A stretch of DNA of 63,996 nucleotides, filler included, from Rhizaria sp. SCN 62-66 (lineage: Eukaryota), in assembly GCA_001724265.1 (NCBI GenBank). It is 3 parts of 3 records of this genome, joined end to end, with 100 filler letters (N's around TTAATTAATTAA, not from the genome) between each part and the next. Parts side by side here need not be neighbours in the genome. Positions count along the whole stretch, not along the records: positions 49,721 to 63,996 come from MEDY01000510.1; 2 more parts are not named here. The stretch is one strand, 5' to 3'. The position numbers were made by a program, and so were the translations under genes. Below the pieces are notes generated by a model, which ran no database searches, was not told where the DNA came from, and was given only the letters and a program-made list of their open reading frames with translations. This document shows positions 62,459 through 63,996 of this stretch, one piece after another (within the stretch, counting starts at the first letter, position 1; each line of letters begins with the position of its first letter).

Positions 62459-63996
62459 TCACTTGGTGTCGACATTCTCCTCATCAATGACCTCATCATC
62501 GTCGCATTCGCTCACAAAGGCCCGCAGCGCCGCCAGTCCGCGCCTCAGCGCTGTTGCACTCAGTCCCATGTCGGCGACACCATTGTCCAAGTCTGGCCGG
62601 TCGAAACACGAGGGCCAGTTCGTCGCGGCCTGCACAAATACGAGCTCCAGGCTCCGTTCATCAGCACGATTTTGCTCTAGCTCCGCTGCACGTTCATCAG
62701 TCAAATGCTGCGCGTCAGCACTCTTTCCAGCTGCCCTCTCTCCGGCGCTCTTGTCGTCCGTGACGTCGCGCCACTGCACGAAGCCCGCGCGCACGCCCTG
62801 GCGCAGTGTCCACAGCCACGCGCGGTGCCGCTGCGGGTCCGTCATCATAGTGAAAAAGCCCACCGCGGCGTGACCCCTCACCAGCGCGTGCGCCGCGAAT
62901 CCCAGCTGACCGTACGCACTCGGCAGCAGCCGCTGCAGTGGCAGCGCCGATTTCGCAACAGGTTTAACGACCGCCTCGTAGATGAGGCAACGTGCCTACA
63001 CGCAGCGGTTGCAGGAATCTGCGCATGGACGCAGCGTGGCGAGCAGGAGCCGCGCTGTGGCAAGAATGTCGTGCGCGCTGTGCGCAACAGACAGCGACGC
63101 AACAGCACCCGTGAGCAGCGCGTAGTACGCCATGCGCGCGCAGAACACCGCGGGCGGCGTCGCCTGCCTCTCGGTGGCCCGGCGGTAGGCCGCAAGCACG
63201 ACTTCGACGGCGGCCGCATTGGCGGTCACACACAGCGCGTCGAGCAGTGTCAGTGGCGGCAGCTAGGGAAGCAGCGAGCCATCTGTGGTGAGAATACGGA
63301 AGAGGTGCTTCTTCCTGACAGGCTCCAGCTTCGTCGCCGCCACGAGCAGCGTCTCGAGGGCGCGGGCCACGGCGCGCCGCCCAGCGGCCGTGCTGTTGTC
63401 GGCGCCGCAGGTGCCGGAGCGTGGCGGAAGCAGATAGGGCACTGTGTACGGGTCCAGGGGCTTGTGCGTACCATGGCCCATAATGAAAGCGACGGGCACG
63501 CGGTGCACCAAATTTGTCAGCAGGCCGTGACGGGAGCACGCAGCGATCGTGAGCGGCGCGCCAACGGACAGCCCCCACTCAAACGAGGTAGAAAGCGGTG
63601 GCACAGACTTTAGACACGGCTTCTGACGCTGGTGTAGCCCATGAGTCGAGGAAAATTGAAGTGGCACTCGATTTTCCATGCTGCCGCTATCATTATTGTT
63701 TTTCATAATGCTGTTGTTAAAGCCCTCAATGGCACCACAAAGGCGTGTTATAAGCCGGGCAACCCGGGCATCATAGGCTGCAATGATAGAAGGCAGTGCT
63801 GCAAGCGTGTCGCGCACAGGCTCGACGGCGGCGGCGTACGTGGCAGCAAGGGCATCCGGAGTGATTTCTGAGGGAGTAATGTCAACGTTAAGACCAGTGA
63901 TATCGTCGATCACTGGTTCAGTAGAGGTGCTCGTGTTACCGCCAGATGAAGCATTTGTCGTCGATTTGTGAAGTGATAGCAGCTTAGCCGTCGAGA
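62459..63996 (-). CDS. Hypothetical protein, 5' end outside the window, with two in-frame TAG codons
   Basis: Track ORFs 63263-63913, 62996-63229 and 62459-62881 share one frame, separated only by TAG at 63263 and 62996. The frame is open to the window end and ends at TGA 62459. Confidence 0.7.

Overview
Eukaryotic (protist-like) genomic DNA made of three contigs joined by artificial N/TTAATTAATTAA spacers (24786-24885, 49621-49720). Exons are GC-rich and introns are AT-rich, GT-AG, mostly 118-269 nt, often with a GTACG donor. Recognisable genes: RPL27A (partial), class I-like PI3-kinase, large NAD-glutamate dehydrogenase with an N-terminal GAF-like domain, TDP1, DDX60-like helicase, RPL18A (partial), EF-hand light chain, WDR61/SKI8, MCMBP, PRL phosphatase, SLC37-like MFS transporter, a giant TPR-like protein and several hypotheticals. 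Main observations: (1) Three unrelated long reading frames are interrupted by in-frame TAG codons (10 in total, no frameshifts), while none of the 10 recognisable genes with a visible 3' end stops at TAG. This suggests a variant nuclear code in which UAG is a sense codon and UAA/UGA remain stops. (2) One of these frames looks like a protelomerase (telomere resolvase) tyrosine recombinase whose catalytic domain is complete only if UAG is translated. (3) A short (TTATTAGGG)n telomere-like array joins a truncated surface-protein gene to an unrelated AT-hook-coding fragment. All family calls come from motif recognition by eye; no database searches were run.
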